Below, one piece after another: positions 1 through 9,922 of a DNA stretch of 64,000 nucleotides; positions within the stretch are counted from its first letter, which is position 1; every line of letters starts with the position of its first letter. The notes under the pieces are model-generated. The model was not told the origin of the DNA, ran no database searches, and saw only the letters and a list, made by a program, of their open reading frames with translations. This stretch comes from a virus: positions 16,162 to 80,161 of IMG/VR virus record IMGVR_UViG_3300008120_010803; one strand, 5' to 3'. The position numbers were made by a program, and so were the translations under genes.

Positions 1-890
1 TAATAATTGGTGATGATCAATTCTTTGCCAACTTTTTTGCCAACTTTCTCGTTGTTATCATCCATGTAAATATGGTTCTCTATGGATTTGGCACTTGAGG
101 TTCCACCATAGAACCATGATTCACGATAAAAATTGAATCTTTTATCTGAAAACAGTTCCCATATCTCTGGTCGGTCATCATAGCTGACACAGATTTTATG
201 GGGACTGTTTTTGCATACATCTGCAAATTTTGCATGATCTTCAAACTTGAAGTTATTGTCATACAGTTTTAACTTTTCAGGTAATTCAGAATTGACATAA
301 TAAGGTGGGTCACAATATATCCAACAGTTTTTATCTGATGGCTGCAACAAAAGCTCTTCATAATTTGTACTTGTTATTTTTACATTTTGTAGATGCACAG
401 CTGCTTTTTCTAATAAATCTTTTTTAATTATATTCCAACCCTCTGGCTTACTGTAATACATCTGGCATTTGACACCATATCTTACTCTGCCATACCAAAC
501 CGTTCTATTCACAAAAAAGTATCTCAATGCCTGATCACATGTTTCGTTTTCAGCAAAATATTCAAAAACTTCTTTAAGCCTTTTATTGTAAAGAGCTTTT
601 CCTCCCGGTTTCGTAGCGACTTTTTCTTCATCTGGTTTTTGTGGTTCTATTTGTCTGCATTTGTTTATGAAATCATCAGGTCTGTCTCTTAGTGCCAAAT
701 AAACGGTCATCAAATTTTTATCGATATCATTAATCCATCTGTTTTCAATTTTATCCATAGCAAAAAAAATTCCACCACCGCCAACAAAAGGCTCACGATA
801 TTCATTTATATCATTAGGTTTATATTTAAGAATTCTTTTTTGTACTGTGGAAACACTTTTTCCACCCGGATATCTAAAAATACTTTTCAT
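1..890 (-). CDS. dam: DNA adenine methyltransferase (Dam/D12 class); stop codon runs off the window edge
   Basis: Not in ORF track. Manual translation from ATG at 890: MKSIFRYPGGKS...YREPFVGGGGIFF...WINDID...WIYCDPPYY...ELIITNY, i.e. motifs X, I, II and IV (DPPY) of Dam-family MTases. Confidence 0.92.
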   Translation of the reverse strand, partial: MKSIFRYPGGKSVSTVQKRILKYKPNDINEYREPFVGGGGIFFAMDKIENRWINDIDKNLMTVYLALRDRPDDFINKCRQIEPQKPDEEKVATKPGGKALYNKRLKEVFEYFAENETCDQALRYFFVNRTVWYGRVRYGVKCQMYYSKPEGWNIIKKDLLEKAAVHLQNVKITSTNYEELLLQPSDKNCWIYCDPPYYVNSELPEKLKLYDNNFKFEDHAKFADVCKNSPHKICVSYDDRPEIWELFSDKRFNFYRESWFYGGTSSAKSIENHIYMDDNNEKVGKKVGKELIITNY

Positions 891-923
891 TATAATATAA
901 ATAAATAAAAGACAGGAATTTTT

Positions 924-1916
924 ATGAAGCCAATCGGACCAAATGTAAACAGTTATGGAAAATCTTTGAATGATATCAAAGAACAGTCCTTCCAATGGCG
1001 TTCAGAAAATATAGACCCACCTCCGGGATATACGAAGAAACCACCGGACAATCAAAATAACATGGGGATTCCAGTACCTGAAGACTGGACCACAGATGTA
1101 TTCACACAAAAAATAGGATTGGGAACAGAAAACAATTGCGACCCTATGCAAACCGGAGCAATTGTAAATGACTTGAATACACCTAATAGAAACACAATTT
1201 ATCGATATGCAAAATCTGTCCGTGCTTGTGATGAAGCAGTAATGGACCTTTTTAGAAATCTTGTGATATTGGATGAGGATGGTAAAGCGCATCCAGTCCC
1301 AATCATATGGGCAACTCAAGAAAGAGCGGTTGCTGCTGTTGTCCAAGAGAATGTTCGTAAAGATGAGACTTTGGTAGTTGACAGAATAAAGCTTCCTATG
1401 CTTGCAATCAGCAGCACCGGATATGCAATTGCACCTGCTAGGTACACATATCATCAGGCGATTAACTGGCTTAATGGTCCTGATGGAAAACCAAATTTTA
1501 CAGCTTCAGAAAAGTACGAAAGAGATACTGTTTTTGGTGTCGCTAGAGGAATTCCGTTAGACATCGAATACACCTTGCTTGCTTGGACCATGCACTTAGA
1601 AGATATGAATCAGATATTGGAACAAATTGTTACCAAATTCAGCCCTGTGGCATACATAAAAGTAAGAGGCGTTTTGTGGGAAGTTTCCGTAAAAATAAGT
1701 TCGATTGCGAACAACCTGCAAACAGAACCGGGAGATCAAGCTTTGAGAGTCGTAAAATTTCAATTTGGTTTGACAGCAGAAACATATGTTGCCCAACCGA
1801 TCAAGAGAGAAAAAGCGGTTCTCAAAACAAGGGTTGATATAGTAAATGCTTTGAATGAAGACCAAATCAGTCAAGTTTTACACAGGCTGGAAGATGCGGT
1901 TGAGGAACTGAAATGA
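924..1916 (+). CDS. T4 gp15-like tail terminator / sheath stabilizer
   Basis: Segments IKLPMLAISSTGY and PLDIEYTL...DMNQILEQIVTKFSP resemble gp15-family proteins; lies just upstream of the sheath gene. Confidence 0.7.
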   Translation: MKPIGPNVNSYGKSLNDIKEQSFQWRSENIDPPPGYTKKPPDNQNNMGIPVPEDWTTDVFTQKIGLGTENNCDPMQTGAIVNDLNTPNRNTIYRYAKSVRACDEAVMDLFRNLVILDEDGKAHPVPIIWATQERAVAAVVQENVRKDETLVVDRIKLPMLAISSTGYAIAPARYTYHQAINWLNGPDGKPNFTASEKYERDTVFGVARGIPLDIEYTLLAWTMHLEDMNQILEQIVTKFSPVAYIKVRGVLWEVSVKISSIANNLQTEPGDQALRVVKFQFGLTAETYVAQPIKREKAVLKTRVDIVNALNEDQISQVLHRLEDAVEELK

Positions 1917-2137
1917 TAGAAATAAAAAACAACAAAAGACATCCGATACAACTAATAATCAAGTCTCGACTTGCTCCAAAAAGCTTCACAGTTTTGAACA
2001 TTCCGGGGATAGGAAACGGAAAAAATATTTTTCATTTAGAAGAAGAGAGATCAACTGAATATATAGATAGAGCAGAAAAGGCTGGTCTTATATCAACCAG
2101 ACATTTAAGTATAGGAGACAAACATGGCAATACTTAA
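1913..2137 (+). CDS. hypothetical protein
   Basis: 74-aa ORF coupled (ATGA overlap) between the gp15-like and sheath genes. Confidence 0.65.
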   Translation: MIEIKNNKRHPIQLIIKSRLAPKSFTVLNIPGIGNGKNIFHLEEERSTEYIDRAEKAGLISTRHLSIGDKHGNT

Positions 2138-4490
2138 GGGATTTCCTCCCTCCAACACAATCAGTCCTTCGGTAAGAATTACCGAAAAAGATTTAAGCTT
2201 CGTGCCAACCACACCAAGTTTGAACCGTATAGGTTTAGTTGGGTTTGCCTCGAAGGGGCCAATCAATACACCAACAACCATTACCACACTAACACAACTC
2301 GCAAACATATTTGGCAACCCACACCCAGAGTCTGGCGATCCCTATCTTGTTTACGCTGCCCAACTTGCCTTGCAAGTAAGCAACGAGGTAGTGATTGTTC
2401 GTGTTGCTGATACCAATATTGCAAGTCCAACCTATGCCGAGACTGCCAGCGCTCCTATTCTGCCAGCAGGCCAAGTTATTAGCGTCTATTCCGCAACCTC
2501 TCCAGTTGGCAACTCAATCACTTTTGCTGACGATGCTTTCTTCCGCTGGAAGCTGAATGGTGTCCTAGCTGCAAAAACCTTGGTTGTTTTGGCTGGAACC
2601 TATTCAACAAGCACTTTGGTTGACGAACTTAATAGTCAGCTAGACTATGCTGTCGATGGAATCGAGTTCTTCGTACAAGGTACCGGATACCCAACTGTTG
2701 GAATTAAAACTACTTGGGCTTATGGTCCTAGCGCAGTTCTAGAGTTTGTCAGCGTACAAAACATGCTTGTTGGTCCCGGTAGTCCTGTCTACTTGGGTGA
2801 GGACATGGAGCCTGCCGTTCTTACCGGCACAGCCGTCCAATTCCCTGATGATGGTTCTTCCACATCCCCAGACACTTGGGACTTCAGCACACTTACCAGC
2901 TTGACACTACAGGTTGTTGTTCAAGGCACAGACAATGTGAACATCGATGATGTTGTTCAAGTTGTTGACCTAGCAACCCTCTTGTCAGGTGGCCCTTACA
3001 CCACCCAAGATGTAGTTGATGAAATTAACAACTACATCACAGCTGAACTCCCCGGAGGATTTGAAGCTGTTACAGAAGGTGGCTACAACATAATACTAAA
3101 AACTCTAACTTTCGGTAGAGATGCCAAGATTAGCGTTAAGCCTGCCAGCACCGGAGATGTAGTCTTTGGTATGTCAAATAACATTCAGTCTGGTGTTTCT
3201 CCCAGCACAAGTTCCGATGCAGTCGGCGCTTATACAGCTGGCATCTTCACCGGCCCAACAGCTGCCGGAACTACTCCAACATTCACAGTTCTAGCTGATT
3301 CCCCCGGTCAAGATGGCAACAGCACTAGCGTAGTCATCACCAACGAAACTGGTGGAACTTTCAATATTCAGGTCTACAACAACTCAAATCCTGTTGAGGC
3401 TTGGGGCAACCTAACTAAGAATGAGATGTCCCAATACTATGTTGGAACCTACTTGGCATTAGTGAGCGATTACATCAAAGTCACAGACAACACTACCATC
3501 TCTGCCCCTCCAGTAAACAGCCCAGCAACTGGTGTTGCTTTGTCTGGTGGAACCGATGGTATTCCAACTGATCCAGATGCTCAAGATGCTCTCTTGATAG
3601 GAAGCCCTGTTGCATACACAGGATTATATTCCTTGTCTGAGCCAGAGCAAATTGATATTGATCTAGTTGCAGTCCCCGGACACTCCTCAACAAGTGTTGT
3701 AGTGGCTCTACTGAATCTCTGCCAAAATCTCAGACAGGATTGCTTGGCAATCGTTGATCCTCCTCTTGGTCTCACACCACAGGAAATCATAGACTGGCAA
3801 AATGGTGTTCATCCACTTAACACCGTCCGATTTGACTCTGACTTTGGCGCACTTTACTGGCCTTGGGTCAAGATTCGTGACACTTACAACAATCTAGATG
3901 TTTGGGTTCCACCTAGTGGTGCCGTATTAGCAACAATCGCCAGAAGTGACAGCTTGTCATTCCCATGGTTTGCACCAGCCGGTGTAAACAGAGGTGTTGT
4001 TCCCGGCATCACAGATGTCTACTCTCAACCAACTCTAACAGAGAGAGACTTGATGTATGGCAACAGAAATGCAATCAACCCAATTATCACCTATCCCGAC
4101 ATCGATGGATTCTTAGTGTGGGGCCAAAAGACTCTACAACGCAGACCCACCGCTCTTGATAGAGTGAATGTAAGAAGATTGATGTTTTATCTTGAAAAGA
4201 ACATCAGAATTCAAAGTCGTTCCTTGCTGTTCGACCCACACACCGAGCAGTTGAGAGAGCGCTTTGTCGATCTTTGCAAGGGTATTCTTCAAAATGTAGT
4301 TACAAACCAAGGCATTTATGACTATGTCGTGAAATGTGATGCAGAATTGAATACTGCTGATGTAATCGACAGAAACGAAATGAGAGCCAGAATTGGCGTA
4401 CAGCCTGTAAAAGCAGCAGAGTTCATCTTCATCGAGTTCTCTTTGCACAGAACTGGCAGCTTTACTGAAAATACTGAGGTAGTTGTTTAA
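2124..4490 (+). CDS. contractile tail sheath protein (gp18-like)
   Basis: SPSVRITEKD N-terminus, GALYWPW, VPPSG, WFAPAGVNRG, WGQKTLQ, LDRVNVRRL, QPVKAAEFI; AGGAG SD. Confidence 0.97.
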   Translation: MAILKGFPPSNTISPSVRITEKDLSFVPTTPSLNRIGLVGFASKGPINTPTTITTLTQLANIFGNPHPESGDPYLVYAAQLALQVSNEVVIVRVADTNIASPTYAETASAPILPAGQVISVYSATSPVGNSITFADDAFFRWKLNGVLAAKTLVVLAGTYSTSTLVDELNSQLDYAVDGIEFFVQGTGYPTVGIKTTWAYGPSAVLEFVSVQNMLVGPGSPVYLGEDMEPAVLTGTAVQFPDDGSSTSPDTWDFSTLTSLTLQVVVQGTDNVNIDDVVQVVDLATLLSGGPYTTQDVVDEINNYITAELPGGFEAVTEGGYNIILKTLTFGRDAKISVKPASTGDVVFGMSNNIQSGVSPSTSSDAVGAYTAGIFTGPTAAGTTPTFTVLADSPGQDGNSTSVVITNETGGTFNIQVYNNSNPVEAWGNLTKNEMSQYYVGTYLALVSDYIKVTDNTTISAPPVNSPATGVALSGGTDGIPTDPDAQDALLIGSPVAYTGLYSLSEPEQIDIDLVAVPGHSSTSVVVALLNLCQNLRQDCLAIVDPPLGLTPQEIIDWQNGVHPLNTVRFDSDFGALYWPWVKIRDTYNNLDVWVPPSGAVLATIARSDSLSFPWFAPAGVNRGVVPGITDVYSQPTLTERDLMYGNRNAINPIITYPDIDGFLVWGQKTLQRRPTALDRVNVRRLMFYLEKNIRIQSRSLLFDPHTEQLRERFVDLCKGILQNVVTNQGIYDYVVKCDAELNTADVIDRNEMRARIGVQPVKAAEFIFIEFSLHRTGSFTENTEVVV

Positions 4491-4510
4491 TAACTAGATA
4501 GGAGATTTTT

Positions 4511-5092
4511 ATGGCCTACAATATGGGTATTGGCAAAATTGCCGATCAAAATGTTACATTCAAAAGGAAGTTTAGATGGGTTTTCAGAGTCGATGGCATC
4601 GGTGGCAACGCTAGTGCCTTCATTCCTGATCACTTTGTGAAAACCACAAAGAGGCCCAGCGTTGATATGCAGGAAGTTACCGTGCATCACTTGCATGGCT
4701 ATATGCCAATGCCGGGAAAACCAACCTTTGGTGATGCCGAAGTTGTTTACTATGATATCGTTGATAGCGATAACAGCATGTTATCTCTTTACAACTGGAT
4801 TGGTGGAGTCTATGACTTCTTATCCCCCAGCAGCAGCCCAATCAACCCAAGAATGGCAGTAAGGGCAACTGGTCCCGGTGGTTACACCGCAACAGCTAAG
4901 CTCGTCATGCTTGATGGTTGCGGTAATGGACTAGAGCAATTCACGATGTACCTATGCTGGCCCAAGAGTGTTGATTTTGGTGATTTGGGTTATGATCAAA
5001 ACGACCAATGCGATATCACCGTGAGCATGAAATACCAGTTCATGAACAGAACAAACTTGGCTGGAGCACAGCCAGTATTCAATGGTTGCTGA
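4511..5092 (+). CDS. tail tube protein (gp19-like)
   Basis: Directly after sheath; KRKFRW, PGKPTF, LYNWI, WPKSVDFGDLGY tube motifs; GGAG SD; followed by a terminator. Confidence 0.9.
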   Translation: MAYNMGIGKIADQNVTFKRKFRWVFRVDGIGGNASAFIPDHFVKTTKRPSVDMQEVTVHHLHGYMPMPGKPTFGDAEVVYYDIVDSDNSMLSLYNWIGGVYDFLSPSSSPINPRMAVRATGPGGYTATAKLVMLDGCGNGLEQFTMYLCWPKSVDFGDLGYDQNDQCDITVSMKYQFMNRTNLAGAQPVFNGC

Positions 5093-5115
5093 TTCTGAAT
5101 ATTAAACAATACCTC

Positions 5116-5145
5116 AAAGGCATCAGTTTTACTGATGCCTTTTTT
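5116..5145 (+). terminator. intrinsic terminator after tail tube gene
   Basis: AAAGGCATCAGT-ttt-ACTGATGCCTTT stem followed by T-run. Confidence 0.85.
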
Positions 5146-5179
5146 CATATCAAAACATAAATAATCTTGGAGGATTATA

Positions 5180-5665
5180 GTGGCGCAATTACTTGGAATA
5201 TCTTGGGCTTGGCAAACAGTTTTCAAGAGGAAATTTCGTTATTTATTTACGATTCCAGATGTTTGTGATGATGGCATATTTTCATGGCCGTCATTAACAG
5301 CTGGAAGACCGTCTATAAAATTTGACTCAATAACAGTACCACACTTGCAAGAAACCATTAGTTTTCCATCAAGGCCGAATTTTGATCCGATTAACATAAC
5401 TTTATATGACATTTCATCAAATAATCCGGTATGGAATTGGATATTACAGATTTACAACCCTAATTTTGGACTTTACACAAAGAGTAGCCCACATAAAAAG
5501 TTGTGTCGGATTTTTACCTTAGATGGTTGTGGAAATCCCTTAGATGTTTGGATTTTAGAAGGCGCTTATTGTGAAAGTGCCAATTTTGGCTCTCTAGATA
5601 TGTCTAATGGAGATGTTGTTACTGTAGACATATCAATTAAATATGACAGAGCATATAAAAACTAG
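5180..5665 (+). CDS. second tail tube-like paralog
   Basis: Shares FKRKFR, LDGCGN and FGxLxx motifs with 4511..5092; GTG start with GGAGG SD. Confidence 0.85.
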   Translation: MAQLLGISWAWQTVFKRKFRYLFTIPDVCDDGIFSWPSLTAGRPSIKFDSITVPHLQETISFPSRPNFDPINITLYDISSNNPVWNWILQIYNPNFGLYTKSSPHKKLCRIFTLDGCGNPLDVWILEGAYCESANFGSLDMSNGDVVTVDISIKYDRAYKN

Positions 5666-5898
5666 TCTAAAAACTGATCTGCCTTAATTGTTTCTCTGCA
5701 TTTACTCAAAAAATCTTCAAGCTCTTTAGGCTTCATTCCAAGAATCCGACATGCTCCGCTTTTATTAAGCCTGCCTTTTTTGGTATACACTTTGCTTTCA
5801 TTGAGAAGAAGAGCTTCAATCTTATCTTTGAAACCATTGTTTTCTAAAATTTGAAGAATTTCTTGTTTTTCGAGTACTTCTAAAAAATTTTTTCGCAT
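5662..5898 (-). CDS. small helix-turn-helix protein (sigma region-4-like)
   Basis: LNKSGACRILGMKPKELEDFLSKCRETI fits an HTH pattern; downstream of the sigma-like gene on the same strand. Confidence 0.55.
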   Translation of the reverse strand: MRKNFLEVLEKQEILQILENNGFKDKIEALLLNESKVYTKKGRLNKSGACRILGMKPKELEDFLSKCRETIKADQFLD

Positions 5899-5980
5899 GA
5901 TATTAAGACAGCATATAAGCAGTCATTCCTTTCCTTATAAAAGAAATACAAACTATTATATGAATCATTGAATGATAAAA

Positions 5981-6517
5981 CTATCTTCTTTCATAATACT
6001 TATCAAAATTTTTACTATTTATTTTGTCTTTTCTTTTATTCATCAAATCAATTCCAAGTCTTATTTGTTGTATGTCATTGTATCTCTTTTTCAATTCTTG
6101 GTAATTTCTAGCTGATCTCCATAACTGTCTAAAATGGTTTAGGATACATGTTGTCATGTAATTGAATGCTTTTCCTTTTGCCGGATCGAATTTTTCTGCT
6201 CTTTCAAAGCATATCAATACGCCTTCTTGTACAGCGTCATCTTCATCTATATGGCTAAACTTAGCATATCTAACTATGTTTTGTGACAGGGTGTAAAACG
6301 CAGTTGCCAAAATTCGTTGTGCTTCTGCATAGTCTAATTCGGCATTTCTTATTTCAGATTCATCAACTATCAAAGGCGATTTAAGATTTTTAGCTATTCG
6401 TTTTTGCATTTCCATATCTTTTTGCAAAAAGCTTAACCTCTGCTTGGCTCTTTGTGCTTTTTGATACTTTATTATTATTATCTCAAATGATTTATTGTTT
6501 AGATATTCAGTAGACAT
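5981..6517 (-). CDS. phage sigma factor (gp55-like late sigma, region 2 only)
   Basis: YLNNKSF N-terminus like gp55; DAVQEGVLICFERAEKFDPAKGKAFNYMTTCILNHF is sigma-70 region 2.2-2.4; AGGAG SD. Confidence 0.85.
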   Translation of the reverse strand: MSTEYLNNKSFEIIIIKYQKAQRAKQRLSFLQKDMEMQKRIAKNLKSPLIVDESEIRNAELDYAEAQRILATAFYTLSQNIVRYAKFSHIDEDDAVQEGVLICFERAEKFDPAKGKAFNYMTTCILNHFRQLWRSARNYQELKKRYNDIQQIRLGIDLMNKRKDKINSKNFDKYYERR

Positions 6518-6538
6518 TTTTCTCCTTTGGTAATATAA

Positions 6539-6706
6539 ATGAAAAACATACTTGAAATTTTTTACGACTATTTATGGAATCCGCAAAAAAAACATCTTTT
6601 AATTCACATTATAGAAATTTTAGATAATAATAAAACATTAGTCAAGAACAAAGATATATTTAAATCTATTTTTGAGGAAAAAATAAATGATAGCAATATT
6701 AATTGA
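6539..6706 (+). CDS. small hypothetical protein (55 aa)
   Basis: Manual ORF MKNILEIFYDYLWNPQKK..., fills the gap and overlaps the next gene start. Confidence 0.45.
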   Translation: MKNILEIFYDYLWNPQKKHLLIHIIEILDNNKTLVKNKDIFKSIFEEKINDSNIN

Positions 6707-7535
6707 TCATTTAAAAGACCCATCTCAAGAGGTTTATTTTAAAAAATTTTCTGATTTAATATTAACGACAAATCAAGACTTCAAATATTTCGATTCAAAG
6801 ATACTTAATGATAAAAATTCATTAGAAAAGTTTTGTTATCAAAATAAAATTGATGGCATACTTAAAGTAAATGCTAGTGAAAGTATCAAACATTTTAGTT
6901 TGGATGATTTCGAAGTTAAAACAAACTTTGTTTGTGTGAGTGATGGAAAATGGATTAAAAAACAAAAACGATTTTTTTCTAATAAATTATTATATAAAAA
7001 CCAATCTTCTCAACAAATAATTTTACAAGACACATCAGTAAAATTTAAAAGTCCTATATTAGATGACGATTGTAAGGATTTAGTTTCGATTTATGAAAAA
7101 AAAGACTACAAAAAATTCTTACTAGAGTCTGAAAAATGGATATTCCACAATTCTAAAGAAATTCAAAATCAAGTCATGATTCGTTATTACTGTGGTTTAG
7201 TTTATAACTTTAAGATGCAAAATTTAAAAAAATCATTGGAGCATTTAGGAGTAGCTATTTTTCTGGCTCCCTCTATGGTCGAATTGTGGTGTGCATGGGC
7301 AGATATTTTACTTGACAACAAATTTTATGAAAAGTCTTTAGCCATTTACAAGAACGCAATGATCGTTAAACAAAAAAGAGATATATTCGATACACAACCA
7401 ATATGGATTGACAGAAATGAAGACTATGCTAAGAAAATGTATGACTCAGTAAAAAAAACAATATCGAATATAAAAATTGTAATAAGCACAGATCAAAACA
7501 ATTCTTCAAGTTCATTTACAACTACAGTAACTTGA
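6687..7535 (+). CDS. hypothetical protein with TPR-like C-terminal region
   Basis: YYCGLVY...SLEHLGVAIFLAPSMVELWCAWADILL...YEKSLAIYKNAM helical repeat pattern. Confidence 0.6.
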   Translation: MIAILIDHLKDPSQEVYFKKFSDLILTTNQDFKYFDSKILNDKNSLEKFCYQNKIDGILKVNASESIKHFSLDDFEVKTNFVCVSDGKWIKKQKRFFSNKLLYKNQSSQQIILQDTSVKFKSPILDDDCKDLVSIYEKKDYKKFLLESEKWIFHNSKEIQNQVMIRYYCGLVYNFKMQNLKKSLEHLGVAIFLAPSMVELWCAWADILLDNKFYEKSLAIYKNAMIVKQKRDIFDTQPIWIDRNEDYAKKMYDSVKKTISNIKIVISTDQNNSSSSFTTTVT

Positions 7536-7876
7536 TCTTCGTATCGTGTAACTGCTATTTGTTTTCTACCGGGGCGTAGCGACTTTAGTTTAGATTCTAG
7601 CTCACCTATAGAACAATTTATAACCATCCAGTTATTTCTCGAAAGCTTTTCTATTTTTTCATCTAATGACTTATAGTTTTTATCTGGGAAATATTCTTCC
7701 AAAGCTTTTTTTGCTTCACGCATTATTTTTTCATAAATTGGAAAATTGCATGTGCAATTTGGATTATTAAGAAACTTTTGCACATCTGGATGAACAGATT
7801 CTGGTAGTTTTTCTCTGAATTTTTTATCTCTTAAAGCTGTTTTTATATCAAGTAGTGTTATATCACCGCTTTTCAT
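7493..7876 (-). CDS. hypothetical protein
   Basis: 127-aa ORF in a coupled minus-strand cluster. Confidence 0.7.
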   Translation of the reverse strand: MKSGDITLLDIKTALRDKKFREKLPESVHPDVQKFLNNPNCTCNFPIYEKIMREAKKALEEYFPDKNYKSLDEKIEKLSRNNWMVINCSIGELESKLKSLRPGRKQIAVTRYEDQVTVVVNELEELF

Positions 7877-8093
7877 TTTTGACTTCCTTCAACAAAAATC
7901 CACAAGTCATACATTTTTTAAAACTTTTTCTTTCTACATATTCCGCTTTAGTTTTTTTACTAGTTTCTGGCTCAATGTGAGGAATCTTCTTTTGCAAGTT
8001 TGCTCGTTGAATTTCAACTAAATGAGTTTCAGAAGTATCATAATAATACTTCTTTGCACACTTTTCACACCAAAATGTTGATTTATTATTCAT
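7863..8093 (-). CDS. zinc-ribbon protein
   Basis: CEKC...CMTCG pairs; likely start MNNKSTFW at 8093. Confidence 0.6.
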   Translation of the reverse strand: MNNKSTFWCEKCAKKYYYDTSETHLVEIQRANLQKKIPHIEPETSKKTKAEYVERKSFKKCMTCGFLLKEVKNEKR

Positions 8094-8412
8094 GAACTTT
8101 AATTTGTGTATTAGCCTCAATATACATAAGAAGCATAGCATAAAAATAAGAAAGACAAGAACCAGCACATCCTACAGCGAATACTTTACCGACATCAAAA
8201 AAAGATAATTGTGGTGGAAAAAAGAAAATTAGTCCCATGAAAATTCCTGACCAAAATCCAGAGCATTGATAACAATTAAGCATCTTCATCAAAAAAACCG
8301 GGACAATTTTTTCTATAAGAGATTTAAATTTGCTAGATATTTCACTTTCAACAATAATTTGTGTCATGCCTACTGTTCCTATGAGACACAACAAAAGACT
8401 CACTACTTCCAT
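8086..8412 (-). CDS. membrane protein, DUF1360-like
   Basis: Hydrophobic helices flanking MLNCYQCSGFW (CxxCxxxW motif). Confidence 0.6.
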   Translation of the reverse strand: MEVVSLLLCLIGTVGMTQIIVESEISSKFKSLIEKIVPVFLMKMLNCYQCSGFWSGIFMGLIFFFPPQLSFFDVGKVFAVGCAGSCLSYFYAMLLMYIEANTQIKVHE

Positions 8413-8771
8413 AATGTTACTCCTATAAAATTATTTTTACGATACAAGCAAAAGTCTATACAATTAAAGTCTTCTGGCATTTGAAATTCAAGATTTTCTA
8501 TAGTTTCGTCTACATTATGGACTAATGATGAATCGTCTCTAAGAAGAATAACATCATCTTGTAATATATATTTTAAGATATTAATGTCATCCGAATCTAT
8601 GTTTTTCAATAATTTTGAAATACTTTCTGATCTGATAAACTTCAAAGCTGGAATTACTTGAGACATATTCCAATTATCAAAAATATGTTTATGCCTTGTT
8701 AGTTTTGATGTTATTTTTTTGTTCTTAAATATAATATCTTCTATATTTTTCGAAGTTAAAATAATTGGCAT
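8403..8771 (-). CDS. hypothetical protein
   Basis: 122-aa ORF, first gene of the coupled cluster. Confidence 0.65.
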   Translation of the reverse strand: MPIILTSKNIEDIIFKNKKITSKLTRHKHIFDNWNMSQVIPALKFIRSESISKLLKNIDSDDINILKYILQDDVILLRDDSSLVHNVDETIENLEFQMPEDFNCIDFCLYRKNNFIGVTLWK

Positions 8772-8810
8772 AAACTATTATAATCTTAAATTGTGAAATT
8801 AGGAGAAAAA

Positions 8811-9905
8811 ATGACTGATGAGATTTATCGCCCACAAAGACCCAATCAAAACCCACAGCAATCTAATCCAATGCAGAACCTCCCGCATCAGCATCCGGCT
8901 TTTAACCCAGCCATGCAGCCCGAACCCGTTCCCCCACACATTGCCCAAAGAATGGAAGTTGAAGACGAATCAAAAGTAAAAATTTCTGGCAACATTCCCC
9001 CCAAGCTTTTAGAACGCCTACAAAAGACTGGTGGTGTTCCTGAACAACAAGCGCCTGTTTTTACTAATGCACCTTCAATAAATACATTTTCGCAAAACTT
9101 TAGTGGCAATTTACAAAGTATTCTCGAAAGCTTGAAATCACATTCGAGCCACTATGAGCAAGTTACTTTGCCATCTATGGGGCGCTTTTATGACGGCACA
9201 GATGGCCCTACTAATGGGGTGCTACATATTCGACCTATGACAGGGGAAGAAGAGCAAATCTTAGCCACACCACGATTTGTGAAAAAGGGTACTGCAATAA
9301 ATATGATTTTCTCAAGGTGCATTCAAGAAAACATAAAGCCGGAAAATCTTTTATCTGTTGATAGAACATTTATCTTGATTTACTTGCGTGGCATTTCTTA
9401 CGGTACAGAGTATGAAGTTGAAATCAAAGACCCAGAAAGTGATCGTAAGTTTACTACTGTTATTGACCTTGATACTTTAGAAGTCGAAAACTGCCCTGTT
9501 GATTATGGCCCTACTTTGATGGATGTTCTTCCGAAGAGCAACCTTTCAGTCACATATCGTTTGAGTAGAGGAAGAGATGAGATTGCGCTACAAGAATACA
9601 GAGAGAAGAAACTAAAAAACATCGGTGAAAATGGTTCTGATGATAGTTTGATTTACAGAACTGCTCAGCTTATCGAAGAAATTCAGGGAGTAACAGATAA
9701 ACATGAACTTCAGATATTGATCAAGAATCTACCGATTCAAGATGTTTCTTATTTGCGTAATTTGGTCACAGAACCTCCTTTTGGTATCGATACCAAAGTT
9801 ACAGTTATTTCTCCTCTCACATCTGATGAATTCACTATCGAACTACCACTTGAAGCAAATTTTTTCTTCCCAAGGGGCAAGAAGAAGGAGAAAACCCAAG
9901 CATAA
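8811..9905 (+). CDS. T4 gp26-like baseplate hub / tail assembly chaperone
   Basis: VTLPSMG...IRPMTGEEEQIL...DRTFILIYLRGISYG...ELPLEANFFFP; AGGAG SD before ATG 8811. Confidence 0.8.
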   Translation: MTDEIYRPQRPNQNPQQSNPMQNLPHQHPAFNPAMQPEPVPPHIAQRMEVEDESKVKISGNIPPKLLERLQKTGGVPEQQAPVFTNAPSINTFSQNFSGNLQSILESLKSHSSHYEQVTLPSMGRFYDGTDGPTNGVLHIRPMTGEEEQILATPRFVKKGTAINMIFSRCIQENIKPENLLSVDRTFILIYLRGISYGTEYEVEIKDPESDRKFTTVIDLDTLEVENCPVDYGPTLMDVLPKSNLSVTYRLSRGRDEIALQEYREKKLKNIGENGSDDSLIYRTAQLIEEIQGVTDKHELQILIKNLPIQDVSYLRNLVTEPPFGIDTKVTVISPLTSDEFTIELPLEANFFFPRGKKKEKTQA

Positions 9906-9922
9906 TTTTATGGAAAAACCTC

